DNA of 64,000 nucleotides from Lepidodermella squamata (lineage: Eukaryota > Animalia > Gastrotricha): assembly GCA_047495785.1 (NCBI GenBank), contig JBLDXI010000001.1:4030001-4094000 (forward strand), given 5' to 3'. A program made the translations under genes and the position numbers. Position 1 is the first letter of the stretch. Each line of letters begins with the position of its first letter. The notes beneath the pieces are model-generated. The model was not told where the DNA came from and made no database searches. It saw nothing but the letters and a program-made list of their open reading frames with translations. Of this stretch, positions 37,321 through 50,474 are shown piece by piece.

Positions 37321-38522
37321 ATGGAAATATTATTCAACGCATTAGTCTTGTTATCGGTCGCCATTTACGAGGGCCAAGTTAATGGTCTGGCGATTGCGCC
37401 TCTTCTGAACAGAGGAATAGCGAAGCCAAACAATCGAGGCGGATCGAATAGCTACAACTACCGACCAGTATCTGGCAGTAGGTCGGGAGGTTCCAGCTAT
37501 GCAGGAGTATCCTACAACTCCATAGTTGTTGTAGGAAAACCCAGCGCAATCTACGGAAGTGTCAGAGTTGTTAAACCAGTTACAACAAACGTAAGACCTG
37601 TCGATCTCGAGGAGCCTTATTATCTGTACGGCGATGATGACGATGACGACAATAGCACTGTCGCCAATGCCACAAACGCAGCTAACGCTACAGGCCTATT
37701 GAGAATGGGCTCAGTCTCAAATGTCACGGTTGTGAGCAACATCACTAGCTTGGCATCAATATTTCCGGCGGTCAATGGTTCGGCGAATAGTTCCAACACT
37801 ACAGCTTGGAAGATCTACGCGAATTACTTCAAGCAATGCGTCGATCCTCAGGGTTACGGCTTGAGCCAAGATGAGACTTATCAAGTCTACGGTGAGTTGC
37901 GATCTTATATGGATGAGCATTTTGAAAGCATTCAAAATTTTCAGCTCTTGCTCCTCCTGCGCCTGACGGAACATCCTATGCAAACTTCTCCTTCTTAGCT
38001 GTACCGGACGATGACAACAGTAATACGACTGAGTTGGCTTTAATCCGCGTATTCACCGATGCTTGCTTCTTCACGATAACTAATCAAAATGAGAGCGGTA
38101 GGCTGAAAGTAACCGTTAAAACAGCTGTTGGTCCAGGTGAGGACTGCGCTGCGCGAAAGGTCGAAAATTATCAATGGCCGTCGGGTTGCGTGCTCAACAT
38201 TTACCAGGGCAACACAAACAGCGATTGGACAATGGCTAGGTCAGCGCTGCAGATCAACTCGAACGGCGCGCTGACGTGTGAGCGAAGTTTTATCACCGAT
38301 CAAAACGCTGTCGGTTTTGAAATGAAGTGGTGTCTTGAGCACCAGGAGGAGATTAGCGACCGCCTTAACTACACAATACTAATCGAGCCTGTTGCCCCGG
38401 CCCCCGTTACAACTACAGCCGTTATCAACCGAACTGAAATCGCGAGGCCTGCTGCAAGCCGAGCGCATATTGGAGAGATCTCTTCTACTTTCTTATTATT
38501 CACTATTTTGATACTCTACTAA
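37321..38522 (+). CDS. Family member K, ending in a GPI-like hydrophobic tail with no cytoplasmic domain
   Basis: MEILFNALVLLSVAIYEG; IYANYFKQC..ETYQVYG; CFFTITN; WPSGCVLNIYQG; LNYTILIEP; tail ISSTFLLFTILILY*. Confidence 0.78.
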
Positions 38523-39037
38523 GAGATGGAGAGTGTCCTGCGTGCGTTCTTTATCGGTGTCAGGTTAAAACCAGTTTTCTACTATGCTGATGCTATCGTT
38601 TTATATCTGTTTCAAAAATTTACTTTCCCGCCTATTATTATTCACCTGATGTGTTTTCTGTCGTGACTGGCTGAAATAAAAGATTGCGGAAGAGGAGCTA
38701 TTCGTTTAAGTGAATGAAGCACGTAGGCGAAGGCATTTCGAACATTCGAGATTAGACATTTCCACCTCACGGCATTCGCATTAAGGTGTAGAATAACGCT
38801 GAACGAGAAACAATGACCGAGTCGTGACAGGATGGTGTGTAAGAACAAATCCTAAAACGGTGCGTTTCGTGGAAATTTCGGCACTCAAGCTTTCGCTCGA
38901 GGTGACAGTAGCTTCTGCCCAGGATGAGGAGGCGACGCCCGCAATTTATCAAGAAACTACTTCAAACGGTTATAAAACATGGCGCTGAGAAGGCCTAACC
39001 ATCAGCATTTCAACTTTCTCAAATCAGTCTCAGAATC

Positions 39038-39970
39038 ATGCAAGCCACTTCTATGCCTCAATGGACCGTTGCCGGCAAAACTGCTATCGTAACTGGAGCA
39101 AATACTGGCATTGGCAAATGTATTGCCCTCGAGCTCGCTAGACAAGGCGCTAAGGTGATCTTAGCCTGCAGAAACATCGAAGCGGCGGACGATGCTGCGG
39201 AGGAGATTCGCCGCGAGTTGGGAATGAGCGAAAAACTTGGCGAAGAAATGGTATCTTGGCGTCAAGTTGACCTCTCAAGCCTCGAATCCGTCCGTCGATT
39301 TGCGGAAGAAATCAACAAAAGCCTTACAGAGCTCCACCTTTTGGTCAACAATGCTGGTGTTTTGCCTCCGGATCAACGTTCTACAACGAAGGACAACAAG
39401 TTCGAACTGACATTTGCTACGAATCACCTCGGCCCTTTCCTCCTAACGCAACTGCTGCTTCCTCTACTGAAGAAATCAACGCCAAGCCGTATCATCAACG
39501 TATCCTCAGTTGGCTATAAAATGTGCAATCGCGTTGGCGGTTACAACATCGAAGATCCCCAATACGAGCAACACCCTGAGAACTACGAGCCGTGGATGGC
39601 TTATTGCCAAACTAAGCTCGCAAATATTCTCACCACTCGGCAGCTGAAAGAGCGACTCGATGGGTCTGGGGTCTCGGTTTTCAGCGTCCACCCTGGCATG
39701 GTGAAAACTGATATCTTTCGCCATCGATCAACGAAATTCTCTCTATTCTGTGGCCCGATTGTGTTTGCATTTGGTCGCACCCCTGCAAAGGGAGCCAAGC
39801 CGGTCATTTACTGCGCGACGCAGTCTGGTATCGAAGATCTGACTGGATCTTACTTTGTTGATTCTAAAACCGAGGCTTTGGAGCCTATTGCAACTGACGA
39901 TGCAGTTGGCGAGCGTTTATGGCGTCTCAGTGAAGAACTCGCTGGAATCGAAGCTGAGACAAGCGCGTGA
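39038..39970 (+). CDS. Short-chain dehydrogenase/reductase, RDH12/13/14-like (copy 2, intronless)
   Basis: Highly similar to 19495-20453 (TGANTGIG, YCQTK, SSVGYKMCN); reads YFVDSK through the position where copy 1 has its intron. Confidence 0.93.
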   Translation: MQATSMPQWTVAGKTAIVTGANTGIGKCIALELARQGAKVILACRNIEAADDAAEEIRRELGMSEKLGEEMVSWRQVDLSSLESVRRFAEEINKSLTELHLLVNNAGVLPPDQRSTTKDNKFELTFATNHLGPFLLTQLLLPLLKKSTPSRIINVSSVGYKMCNRVGGYNIEDPQYEQHPENYEPWMAYCQTKLANILTTRQLKERLDGSGVSVFSVHPGMVKTDIFRHRSTKFSLFCGPIVFAFGRTPAKGAKPVIYCATQSGIEDLTGSYFVDSKTEALEPIATDDAVGERLWRLSEELAGIEAETSA

Positions 39971-40132
39971 ATCTGATGAAAAAAATATCATCTGGAATGA
40001 TTAACTCTCTATGTTTTAGCACCGTTTTTCGGTTAATTTATTCACAGAATATTAAAATTTAATTTTCAATAGCTACGCATAGCGGAATCTTAAAATAAAA
40101 ACGTGTTTTCAACACATTGATTTCTGTTTTTG

Positions 40133-41212
40133 TCAAATCTTCGAGTTGGCAGTCAGGCTCCAAGTAGATGACAGCGCATCGTCATTAGGTTCAACTTTCC
40201 GAGCTTTTCCATCCTTGACCAGCTTCTCCAGGTGAAGATGGACGTTCTCTCCCGCGGCATGAATAATCATTAAATTGTCCTCTGGAATGTCCGGGTAAAT
40301 TCCAGTAACCATTTGTTTAATACTCGACACCTCTACACCAGATTGATGCTGCTTCGTCATAAATTCAAGAATTTGTTTCTCTCGAGCCTCTCGATGAGCT
40401 ATATACTGCTTCAACCGATTAGTACCATCCTCGATCACCGGACCATGGCCAGGGTAGAGCTTAGCCGGCTCCATTGAAGCGACGTTCTTCAATGAATTCA
40501 TGTAATCATGCAAATCGTCAAAGGTCTGAAACAAAGGTAAAATCTCGGTGGGAATTTAGAGTTTCACATTTTTTACCGTAGAACCTTCTCCAAGAACTGC
40601 ATCGCCTATGAAAATGGCGTTTTCCTCCTCAAGATGAAAGCTGACATGGTCATCGCAGTGACCGGGTGTCGCAATCGGTTTCAAGGTGGCCCCTTCCACG
40701 CTAAATTTTTGGCTCAAATCAAGGGCTGAAAACGAAAAATCGTAATCTTTCGCATCATCCCGTTTTCGCAACAGCTTCAGCACAGGAGCATTAGGTACTG
40801 TAAAAACTTATCAGTCATTTTTCGGTCATTTTCAGGATCATACCGACCTGTCAAATGCTTGGCAGCCAAAACATCAGCTACCATGCCAAGATGGTCATAA
40901 TGGTGGTGAGTCAAAATTATGGCTTTGATTTTAGCCTTCGCCTCGCTCAACACCTTATTCAGCAGTTCGATGTACCTGGGCGTATTAGGCGAGCTCGTGT
41001 CAATCAACAACCGCCTATCATTTGAGCCATCAATAATTCAACTATATTTTGCGTTTCTTTATCAATATTTACTGATCTCCGGTACCAACCAGGTACGAGT
41101 TTGTGCCCAGCAGCGTCATCGGCGACGGATTTTGACCCAAGATGCGAATCACGCGCTGCGATAATTGCTCTGTATCGGCAAGTTTTGTCAGTTTGACCGC
41201 TCTTGAAATCAT
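40133..41212 (-). CDS. LACTB2: Endoribonuclease LACTB2 (metallo-beta-lactamase fold)
   Basis: [56 protein letters not shown]; four exons. Confidence 0.92.
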
Positions 41213-41489
41213 GTTTTTAATATATTTCTATCGCAAATACACTCATAGAGTGAAAACATAGCTAAAATTTTATTGAACAAGAGACAATATATAATGACAA
41301 TCACGTGGTTTCACTCGAAGCAATAATACAACTCCCTACAGAATGACGGCTATGATCAAGAGTAAATGAACACCTATGTTAGTTAGGTCGAAGCCACGCC
41401 AGACAGATGTGCATTTCCGACGAGGACAGCCAGCAAGTCAGGGAATAGGCATAATTGCAGCATGAATCACGCAAATGAGAAGAATTTTT

Positions 41490-42024
41490 TCAGTAGCGAT
41501 ATTTGGTCGAGTAGTCTTTCGGCGATATCACAAGACCGCGGCCTTTCCGCGCACCGCGGTACACAGTCTCGACAATATCAATAAATTCCTGAAATCAATG
41601 AATAAAATCACAAAAAACCATAAAAAATCGAATTTTCAAACCTGAGGATCTTCCATGGCCCAGTTGATTTTGTTATTGTTACCAGTGCCCAAATCGATCA
41701 TGATGTGTTTGTTTCGGTAGAAGAACATGGTTGTGCATGGGTCGTACAATTCGTACATTTTGTTAAAATCTGGCACTTCGGAAATATCGACCAGATAAAT
41801 GACGGCGAAATTTTTCATTTTTTCAGCGCATTTGTAAAGAGTTTCATCCATAACCATGCACTAGAAAAATTAGAAAATAATTTAAAAAATCGAGAAATTT
41901 TCTGAAAATTTACCTGAGGATCCCAATCGTGGCCGAATCGCAGAATCACGACTCTTTCCTCCTCGGATAGAATGGACTGGTCGACTTGCCAGCCATTTCG
42001 AAGATGCGGTAGCATGTACGACAT
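41490..42024 (-). CDS. TXNL4A: Thioredoxin-like U5 snRNP protein Dim1
   Basis: Exons 42024-41914, 41860-41642 and 41588-41490 give 142 aa: MSYMLPHL..RFGHDWDP..DLGTGNNNKINW..PKDYSTKYRY. Confidence 0.97.
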
Positions 42025-42728
42025 TTTAAATTAATTTTTAATAACTAAAACGAGATCAACATCATTAGTGATGTAATATTCAACAAAACAATAGCAATTT
42101 ATTTTTTTGCGATCAATTTTTGCGATAATGTTTGCTCACAGGTTACGCATGAAAGGAGAACAAGAAAAGAATTAGAATACACTAATTAATTGATTAATTA
42201 ATAAGGCAACTTCTAGCACCTTGAAAATCACTCGCAGCTACGAGAAAAATACAACTCTAAAATCGCTCGATATATGGAATGGGCAAGAATTGGTAGTATT
42301 TCGCAACAATCACGTTTCGCGTACAGAAATAATCATCAACAACTACAAGAATTACAACACCGCCCACCAGAAAATACGACACGTTTTCAGGTAAAAATTT
42401 GGGCAACATTTTATTTCATGTAAGCAGACATTTTTTTATTAACGGGAAAGCATAGAGACTAGGGCCGAAAACCAGTGATTGCGAATTATAAAAAAATAAG
42501 TAACTTTTTCTCTCAAATTTGATTTTTTTCATCTTAATTAACCGGAGGTATTGACACGATATTCAAGGCAGTTTAAAAATTGACGAACCTCACTTATACA
42601 TCGATCGGAATTGGTTAAAAACACAGAAATTGAGACAGGGCTTAGAAAAACAAAAGGCAACAAAAGATATTGCCTCAGTCACTTGATTTCACGAAAAAAA
42701 GTGTCGGCTTTTCCAAGCCGTGTCCCAA

Positions 42729-45700
42729 TTATTCCCATTCAGTAGTAGCCGGTGGTTTGGCGGTCAGGTCGTAGAAAACGCGGCAAATGCCGTCGACCTT
42801 GAGAATATTCTGGCGCAGTTCTTCGACGACTTGCAGCGACAGGTGTTTGCCTGGCTGCGCCGGTAGCCCTGTCATGAAATCGTGCGTGATAAATGGCCGC
42901 AGAGCGATCGAATGGCGCTCGGTTGGGTTCGTGCTAACGCCCGATTGCACGTCTTCCAGATCGACTGGCAACAGGACGACTGGCATTTGCGCGATTTTGC
43001 TTAGGCAATCGTGTTTTCGCAGGGTGGCGGTGGCCTGGGCGTCGGCCTCGCACAGCCGGGTGATGGCTTCGTCGCGGAGGAAGGTCGGCGTGACGGCGTG
43101 GATAACCGGGTACTTCACAGCTGGGCCCCATCCAAAAACAACTCTGTTGATAAAAACATTAAAAAAATTGAAAAAGAATTTAAATTTTTTGACAACTGAG
43201 AAAAATTTCGGCGAAATGCTATCACTTCAAAACATGTTTTTCAAAAACTTTTTATTTCTAGTCAGAAGCGCTTTTCCGAGAAAATTTGAGCTCCAGCGTT
43301 TTTAGAGAAATTTATATTCAATTTTATATTTTCTCATAATTTCTTGGATAAAAAATTCAACTGAAAACAGGATTTCACTCAACTTCGTTTCGCTAGAACT
43401 CGATTTAGACGAATTTTTTTAATTATTTCAAATATTCACTGATATCTCTCAGTTTTCAAGATGTCAGGTCACAAGCAAAATTTTGACATTTTGTTCAAAT
43501 TGATATTTTCGTTCATTCAAGCCCACGCAAAAAAGTGTTAAATAGACCTGTATTTTTCAGAAATCCCTTTCATTCAAGATATTTGAGATTATCAATACAA
43601 AGTTATCAAATTGCAACGAGTGTGAATCATTTTCCGGCTACAATAACGACAGCAGCAGGAAAATGTAGAATACAACACGACACAATACTATCCTCATAGC
43701 TGTTCCATGAGTTCGCTCAAACAATATTTCGATTTTTTTGAAAAGTGAACTCACTATGCACTTGAAATTATAACGCAATAGTTTCGAGATCTAGTCAATT
43801 TAGAAAAATTGGATTTCAAAAATGAAATTTCAAAAGAAAAATATTAGAAATTTCCGCAACATAATCGCAAAAGTGACCGCAAAATTTGAAATCTTAAAAT
43901 TTTGTTAAATACTAGTAGCTTGCTCAAAATGTGTTTTTAACCCATGAATTATATTGAGAAAATGTATTTTAAAGATATCGAACCTGTTGACGTTTCTGCA
44001 GAGTTTCGGGATGATTTTCGCCAAATCGAACATCAACGCCCACATCTCGGCACTCGGCGCCTCCTTCGCATCCGTTGTCAAGGAAACCACATGGCTATAC
44101 GACCTCGCATCACCCTGAACGCCCACCGTTTTCATCGGCAACAGCGTCGGGTATAACTTCGGAAAATCAGCCATTCGGCTGAAAAGGCCCTTTTCGTGAT
44201 CACTCAACGTCAACTCGTGAACAGCCTCACTCAAATCGATAGAACCATCATTTGGCAGTGGGACTTTGAATAACTCGCATAAAATTGAAACAGTTTTCGA
44301 GTAACCGGAGCTGAAAAACGGCTTCGAGGCGCACAGAATTCGAATAGCGAGGCCTGGGCCGGGGAACGGGTGGCGGGAGACCAGCTCTTCCGGTAGCCCC
44401 AATTCCCGCCCCAAGGCTCGAACTTCATCCTTATGAAAATCCTTCAACGGCTCAACAACGCGATTTTGATCTCGCAACTGCCGAACTAAATACGTGTCAT
44501 TGTGATGCGTTTTAATCGCATCGGCCTTGTTAGACACCGAGGCGATATGGGAGGCTGATTCGATCAAATCCGGACGTAGCGTGCCCTGGCCTAAAATCAC
44601 GTCTTCGAAAACGAGGCCCATATTTCGCGTCACATCACCGACGATATTCATAAAAGTATCGCCGATAATTCGCCGCTTATCCTCCGGGTCTTCGACGTGG
44701 TCTAGCCGGACTGTCTCCCTGGGCGGGGTCGTTTTGTCCCGGTTATGGACTAGGGTGGTCGCATTTGCGAAATCCTTCGCCGCGTCGATTAATTTGACTT
44801 CTACTCCGAGGGCTTCTAGTGACTTAATAACTTGGCTCGATTCGTTTTTCCGCATAAAACCTGTATCAACGTGGATGAACCGCAACCGGTCGGCTGGGAG
44901 GGCTTTTGCTAACATAGCCCCGCATACTGTTGAATCGACCCCGCCACTGAGTAGCATTAATACTGATTTAGTCGGTCCAACGACGCGTTTAATCTCGGCT
45001 AGACACTCGTCGAGGCGAGATTTGATCGTGAAGTTGCACTTGAATTGGCAGACTTCGCGCAGGAAGTTGCGGATCATGATTTGTCCGTGTTCGGTTAGGT
45101 CGACTTCAGGATGGAATTGCACGCCGTAGAGGCGGGCGGTTGCGTCGCTGATGCCGGCGATAGCGCCGTTTTCCGTGCGGGCGATGACTTTGAACGAGGG
45201 TGGGGCGCTTTTCACAAAATCGCCGTGAGTTAACAACACGTTTTGAACGGGAGTCAGACCCTAAAGAAATAGAAATTTGCCTTTCAGTAAATTGTCTCCA
45301 ACTCGAAAAACAATAAATTTTTTCAGGAGTTTCAGCGGAAAAATGTGTTCCAATTTCCCCCTTGAGAATATTTTCAATGCCCCATATGGTTTCCGACCAA
45401 AATATGGCAAGAAGTCGACGGCGAATTTTGCATTTTAAAACCGAAAATTTTATTTACTCGCAAAATATCCGATTCTCAATAAAAAATTGAACATTAGCAA
45501 ATTTTTTTAAATCCCAAATTTTAAATTTCACCATGGGATCATTTTACAGAAACTGTTTATTTTGATTTTGATTTTTATATAAAAAATGATTTCAAATACG
45601 AATAGGTATTTGAAAAATCGCCAAGATACACTTTTCACTTTGCAGCGGTCATCTAAGAGCTCTGCCTACAAATTTAATTTATACTTTTTCCAACTTTAAG

Positions 45701-46417
45701 GCAGAAGGCTAACACTCTAGCAAATTTCTAATCCAATACATGAGAATTCGGTGCAGTGTGTAACATTCGAATTTCCGGATTGGATAAGAAATATGAAGAA
45801 ATTTCCAAGACTTTGGGCGTAAATTTGCATAATTGATCAAACAATTAACGCGTCCCTAAACAACCACTCAAATCCGAAGTTCAAGGCAGGAAAAAATGAA
45901 AATATTGTAGAAATAAGGAACAATTGCGAACACATCTCACATGAGCGAAATAAGTGAAAAAATCGATAAAATCTTAAATTACCGTAAATTTTGAGACTTA
46001 AAAATGGGCCGAAAACGGAATACTGGGTCTCTTTCGAATCAGATATGTTAATATTACCTTGAAAATGGCCGAACTGTCATCGACTGTTATCGCAAACTGG
46101 CCATCCTCACGAATGTCCGTCTGTCCAACAGCGCCGCCGAACTGACTCGCCAGCATTTGCAAGCCGTAACAGATGCCCAAAACAGGCAGTCCGCATGTAA
46201 AAATCTGCGGATCGTAATTTCCAACGCCGGCGTTATTCACCGAATCAGGCCCGCCTGATATGATAATCGCGCCATATTTCGCTTTCAATTCCTCCACAGG
46301 TGTCGTAAAGGGCACGATATGGGATTCGACGAACAGCTCACGAACCCGCCGATCAATCACCTTGCCATACTGCGCGCCAGCGTCCAAAATCGCAACAACC
46401 TCAGGCCGTTCAGTCAT
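42729..46417 (-). CDS. GMPS: GMP synthase (glutamine-hydrolysing)
   Basis: ILDAGAQYGKVIDRRVRE, GICYGLQ, QFHPEV, SGGVDS, IKTHHN, HPFPGPG, KPPATTEWE; three exons (46417-46058, ~45260-43984, ~43145-42729). Confidence 0.97.
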
Positions 46418-46528
46418 TTTTGAAAATTCTCAAAAAATTCTAGAAAAATCGCCGAAAAATTATTAAAAAATTAGGGTTATCCCTCGTTCTGATTGACTAG
46501 ACAATTACTAATAATTCATATTTTTCGA

Positions 46529-48773
46529 TCAAAATTCGAGAATGAAAGGCGTTACACTTTTCGCGTAGTCTTTCGGCAGTGCCGCGGCTAATTCCGACTT
46601 GCTAAGCCATTGCGGTTTTCTAAATGAATCACCCTCATTGGCAACTTTCAGCCCGATTTGCCAGTCCATCAAATGAGCTTTAAAGAAGAACACCTTCATG
46701 CCAGATTTTTTCGACGACTGCCGCAATGATTTCGGGTAGCGATAGCTGAAAACGCCACATGGGGCATTTCCGAGGAATTGAACCAGCGGCGGGAAGGGCG
46801 ATAGTTGCTGCTCGGGTGGGTTGATGCTAGGCAGGACGGTTGAAAGAGCTCGCTCAGCTGTTTGACGCAAAGTTTCGCCAGTTTTCCACTGAGCCTAAAG
46901 AAAATATGGAATAATTGATTAGAATTATTATAACCCAACTTTGTCAACCTCTCGCAACAAAAAAATAAAATATCCTACTATTAAATAGCATTTGTTTAAA
47001 TTCTACCTATATGTGAAAATTCGAAGTGTATGAAAATGCAGATGCTACGCTTGTTACTCAAATTATTATCATAGAGGCAAGATGTGCATTTGAAGCTTCA
47101 ACAATATCATCGCAGGGAAACGTAGATGATTTCACTTTCAGACTAACAAAACAAACGATAGCTCGCCTGGAGGAAGATCCGAACTACTTGTAGTTGGCAG
47201 ACGGGTTAGCAGAATCGAGACCTTTATTTGGCGCAACTCGTTCCTGGTCTCTATACCAGACGTCAGCGAGAATACAAATGAGACAGAAGACGATTTACTT
47301 GGAACTTGGAATTATTATCAAAATGTTCCGCTACGAGCTAAAGCTACAATTTATTTGTTCATTGTTGGATTTTCTCTCAAAGCATTTTTGAATTGAAATC
47401 GACATTCGATGAAATGATCATCATCAGCGCCGCATGGCTCCGCTTTCTCATGCACTGGCTGGTGTTATTCTTCCTCAAGAAACCTACGGCTCGCACCTCG
47501 ATGAACTCGCAGCTTTTCAGGTTTTCTCCGGTAAAAGTTAAAAGGATTCGAAATTCATTCAGTTACTTCAATTTTTGGAAGAAACTTTCGAAATTGAAAT
47601 ATGTCTGCAATGGGACCGTACTTATTGTTTGTGAATTGCGTGCTAATCTCATAATCCGTACTATCTCTACAGGCTTGCGTATAGGTGAGACTGCGGCAAT
47701 CCTCCGCGTTGTTCCATAACCCAGTGAAAAATCTATTCATTTGGCGTTCAAAGGTCTCAATTTCCATTTAAACTGCTAAGCACTCCAACGAGACTCTACT
47801 CGAATTAGCAAGGCTGTTTGCTAATAATAAATAACGCTCATGTTTGTTAGTTGGTTTTCGGAATAAGAGAGAAGAAAGAGAATAATAAAAAAAATGAATG
47901 AAGCCTGTCTTTATCTATTTGATTCAGCTCGAAAATTAAAAGATTACTGATCTAGAGAGTGATCGCGCGTAATATTATGCTTTAAAGCGCGTTAAAGTTC
48001 ACCGAAAGCGTTCACACTACACTGTTTCACCTTAACTTCAATTCACTTCAACGAGCACGCGACCATTTTTTGCTCATTTCACTTCACTTTCCCGTAGTGT
48101 GAAAAAGCATATTCTGATATTATATCAATGCGTTCCATTTCTTTTTTTCTTATCGATCAGTCTCATTTTATCGATCGCCAACAAGTTGTGTTCAATAGAG
48201 ATTAGTGATTATCATCGATTTCTCTTCAAACAATACCCATTTATGCAATCAAGTATGTAAATAATATAATACCTGAGGTAAAATGAGATGATAATCCTTG
48301 CCAACTTTCTGCTCAACCACAAAAACGAGTTTTTTATCCAACGCCCGGCGCGTCGACGCCGTGTCATTCTTCTCATCGGCCTCGGTAGTTCGAGGCGCCA
48401 ATTTGAACCGCTGCTTGTCCGCCTCCCACATGTCCTCAGCCTCGACTGCAGTTATGAACGGCCCAGATTCAACCACAGTCGTGCCACTCGGATCAGCCGC
48501 TGCCGCCTTTGCCTTCTTCTTCAAAATCGCCTGGTCATTTCTGTGGCGAACTTCGTGCTCGGAGAGCAGGCTGTTACGAATCTCCATGTGGCGAAACATT
48601 TCTTTCGCCTTCACTTCGAGTTCTGTAAGCGGGGGTTGAATGACAGGGAACCGCTGTAGGCAACAAGCGGCGTAAATATCAAAGGAATTCGCTACATCCT
48701 GAGCGGCTGAATGGGCGAATCTCGCTTTTGTTAAGGCGGATCGAAGTTGGAGAAATCTCGGAATCGCAGCCAT
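46529..48773 (-). CDS. MRPL46: Mitochondrial ribosomal protein mL46
   Basis: Exons 48773-48273 and 46894-46529; SLLSEHE, RTTEADEKND..STRRALD, LPQ|AQWKTGETLRQTAERAL, GNAPCG, KVFFFKA. Confidence 0.93.
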
Positions 48774-48966
48774 TTCAAACAACACAACAAAAATTCTAAA
48801 ATAAACAATAAATACGAAAAATTATGCTTTGAAAGCGTTGATTAAATCAAAAGTAAATGATTTCAGCCATATGCCGATAAATAATAATACAGAATAGCTC
48901 TTTTGTCAAGAAAGATGTGGATTAAAATATATTCTTCATGCACAATTTTAGGGCGGCATTTAATTC

Positions 48967-50474
48967 TCAAGGGAATGGAACAGCGGCTACGACGACAATT
49001 GCCACGGCGAGTAGGGCGATGATAATCCAGTAGGTGCAAGTGCCGCTCTTCTTCTCAACCATTTGAACATTGGTCGTTTGCCGTCTTAGCCGGTCCTAGA
49101 ATTAAAAAATAAAATAAAATAAAATTGAGAATACATAGAATTTGTTTCGATAACAATTTTTCTGCGCTCGTCGAGTCAACGCCCAATTTCTATTCCGAAA
49201 AATTTCAAATTGCGGATGGGACAAGACGTCGCTGAGTTCAACGGACCATTTCTTGGCGGACCACACTAATCACCCCTTATATCCTAACCAAGGATACCAT
49301 CGAAGTGTGCCACTTGAGTGCCAAGTGTAGCAAGGTGTGGCCCATCTAATGAGACTAATTATGACCGAACATTACATTTCATCTTAATAGGGGGCTGATT
49401 TAAATAGAGCGGTCCGCTAAATCAGAGTCCGCTGAGTTCCAAAAACCCTTGCTTTGCTGAACTCGGCGGAACCAATTTAGCGGACCAAATCAAGTTGTAG
49501 TACTTGAATGTTTGGAACTGCCTGAGTGAGGCTAAAGAGCTCAGGTGTGTATAGTAGGTCGTTAGATGGCCCTTTTCAGTAGGAATCTAGCAATCACATG
49601 GCACACCTCCAATCTGGTCCGAAACACTGGTCCGCTGAACTCAGCGACATACAAGACAATATTTATGCTTCTTCTCTGTTATTTACTTCAAAGTCCTCCG
49701 TTTAATTTTCATCCGATCTCTTTTAGTTCACTTTCCAATTGTTGTCATCAAACTTTTGGAAGTTTAGGTAAATCCTTGTTTTGGGACCATGGGGTCAAAT
49801 GATTGGTTAAGCCTTGAAGTCGACAGCGAAATTTTGAACAACGCAGGTGATCTTAATTTGGGTGTTAATGCCGTTTCGAAGTAGAATAACGTGAGCTTTA
49901 ATATGACCATTTTTTCCCCATCGTTACACTCATCTTACATCACGTTGTTTTATGACGGGAATAATCTGTTTCGTGTTTCGTCGAAAAAGAAATATATTCT
50001 GAAGAAAAATAATATTCTCAGACAATAAATATATTCCCCTTTTTCCTCTTTATACAAAAATTTCATTGAAAAGCTGCCAACATTTCAGATAATTTAAAAA
50101 TTATCATCCTAAATTTCGAAATTTGTGATCGGGTGGAAATATAAAATTCAAAGTACTGCCCATCTCTCGAGTTTGAACAGAAAAAATCGACTAAAAATTA
50201 CATTAGTGTGGTCGGCTGTCTGGGTAATATCCTCAATGAGATCGTTTTGTTGTTCGACTTCGCGCCCAATTCCGACCGCCAGTTCTTTCTGCCGATTGAT
50301 AACGCTCGCCAACTGTTCCAGGCCAGCATCTTGCTGCGAAATCAACTGCGCATGCCTAGCTCGGTGGTCGATCGACTCGGACGGTCCTTCGCCGGTATTC
50401 GAGCCATACCCGCCACCGTAACCGCCGGCTGTTTCGTCCTGAAAACGGGTGTAACCGCCCCGGCCTGATGACAT
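48967..50474 (-). CDS. STX8: Syntaxin-8-like Qc-SNARE, 133 aa
   Basis: Exons 50474-50202 and 49095-48967; SNARE motif QQDAGLEQLASVINRQKELAVGIGREVEQQNDLIEDI; C-terminal TM YWIIIALLAVAIVVVAAVP. Confidence 0.82.
49228..49648. mobile_element. MITE-like element in the STX8 intron
   Basis: TIR gtcgctgagttcaacggacca / tggtccgctgaactcagcgac; flanks ggacaagac / atacaagac (degenerate 9-bp TSD); internal copies of the TIR motif. Confidence 0.6.
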
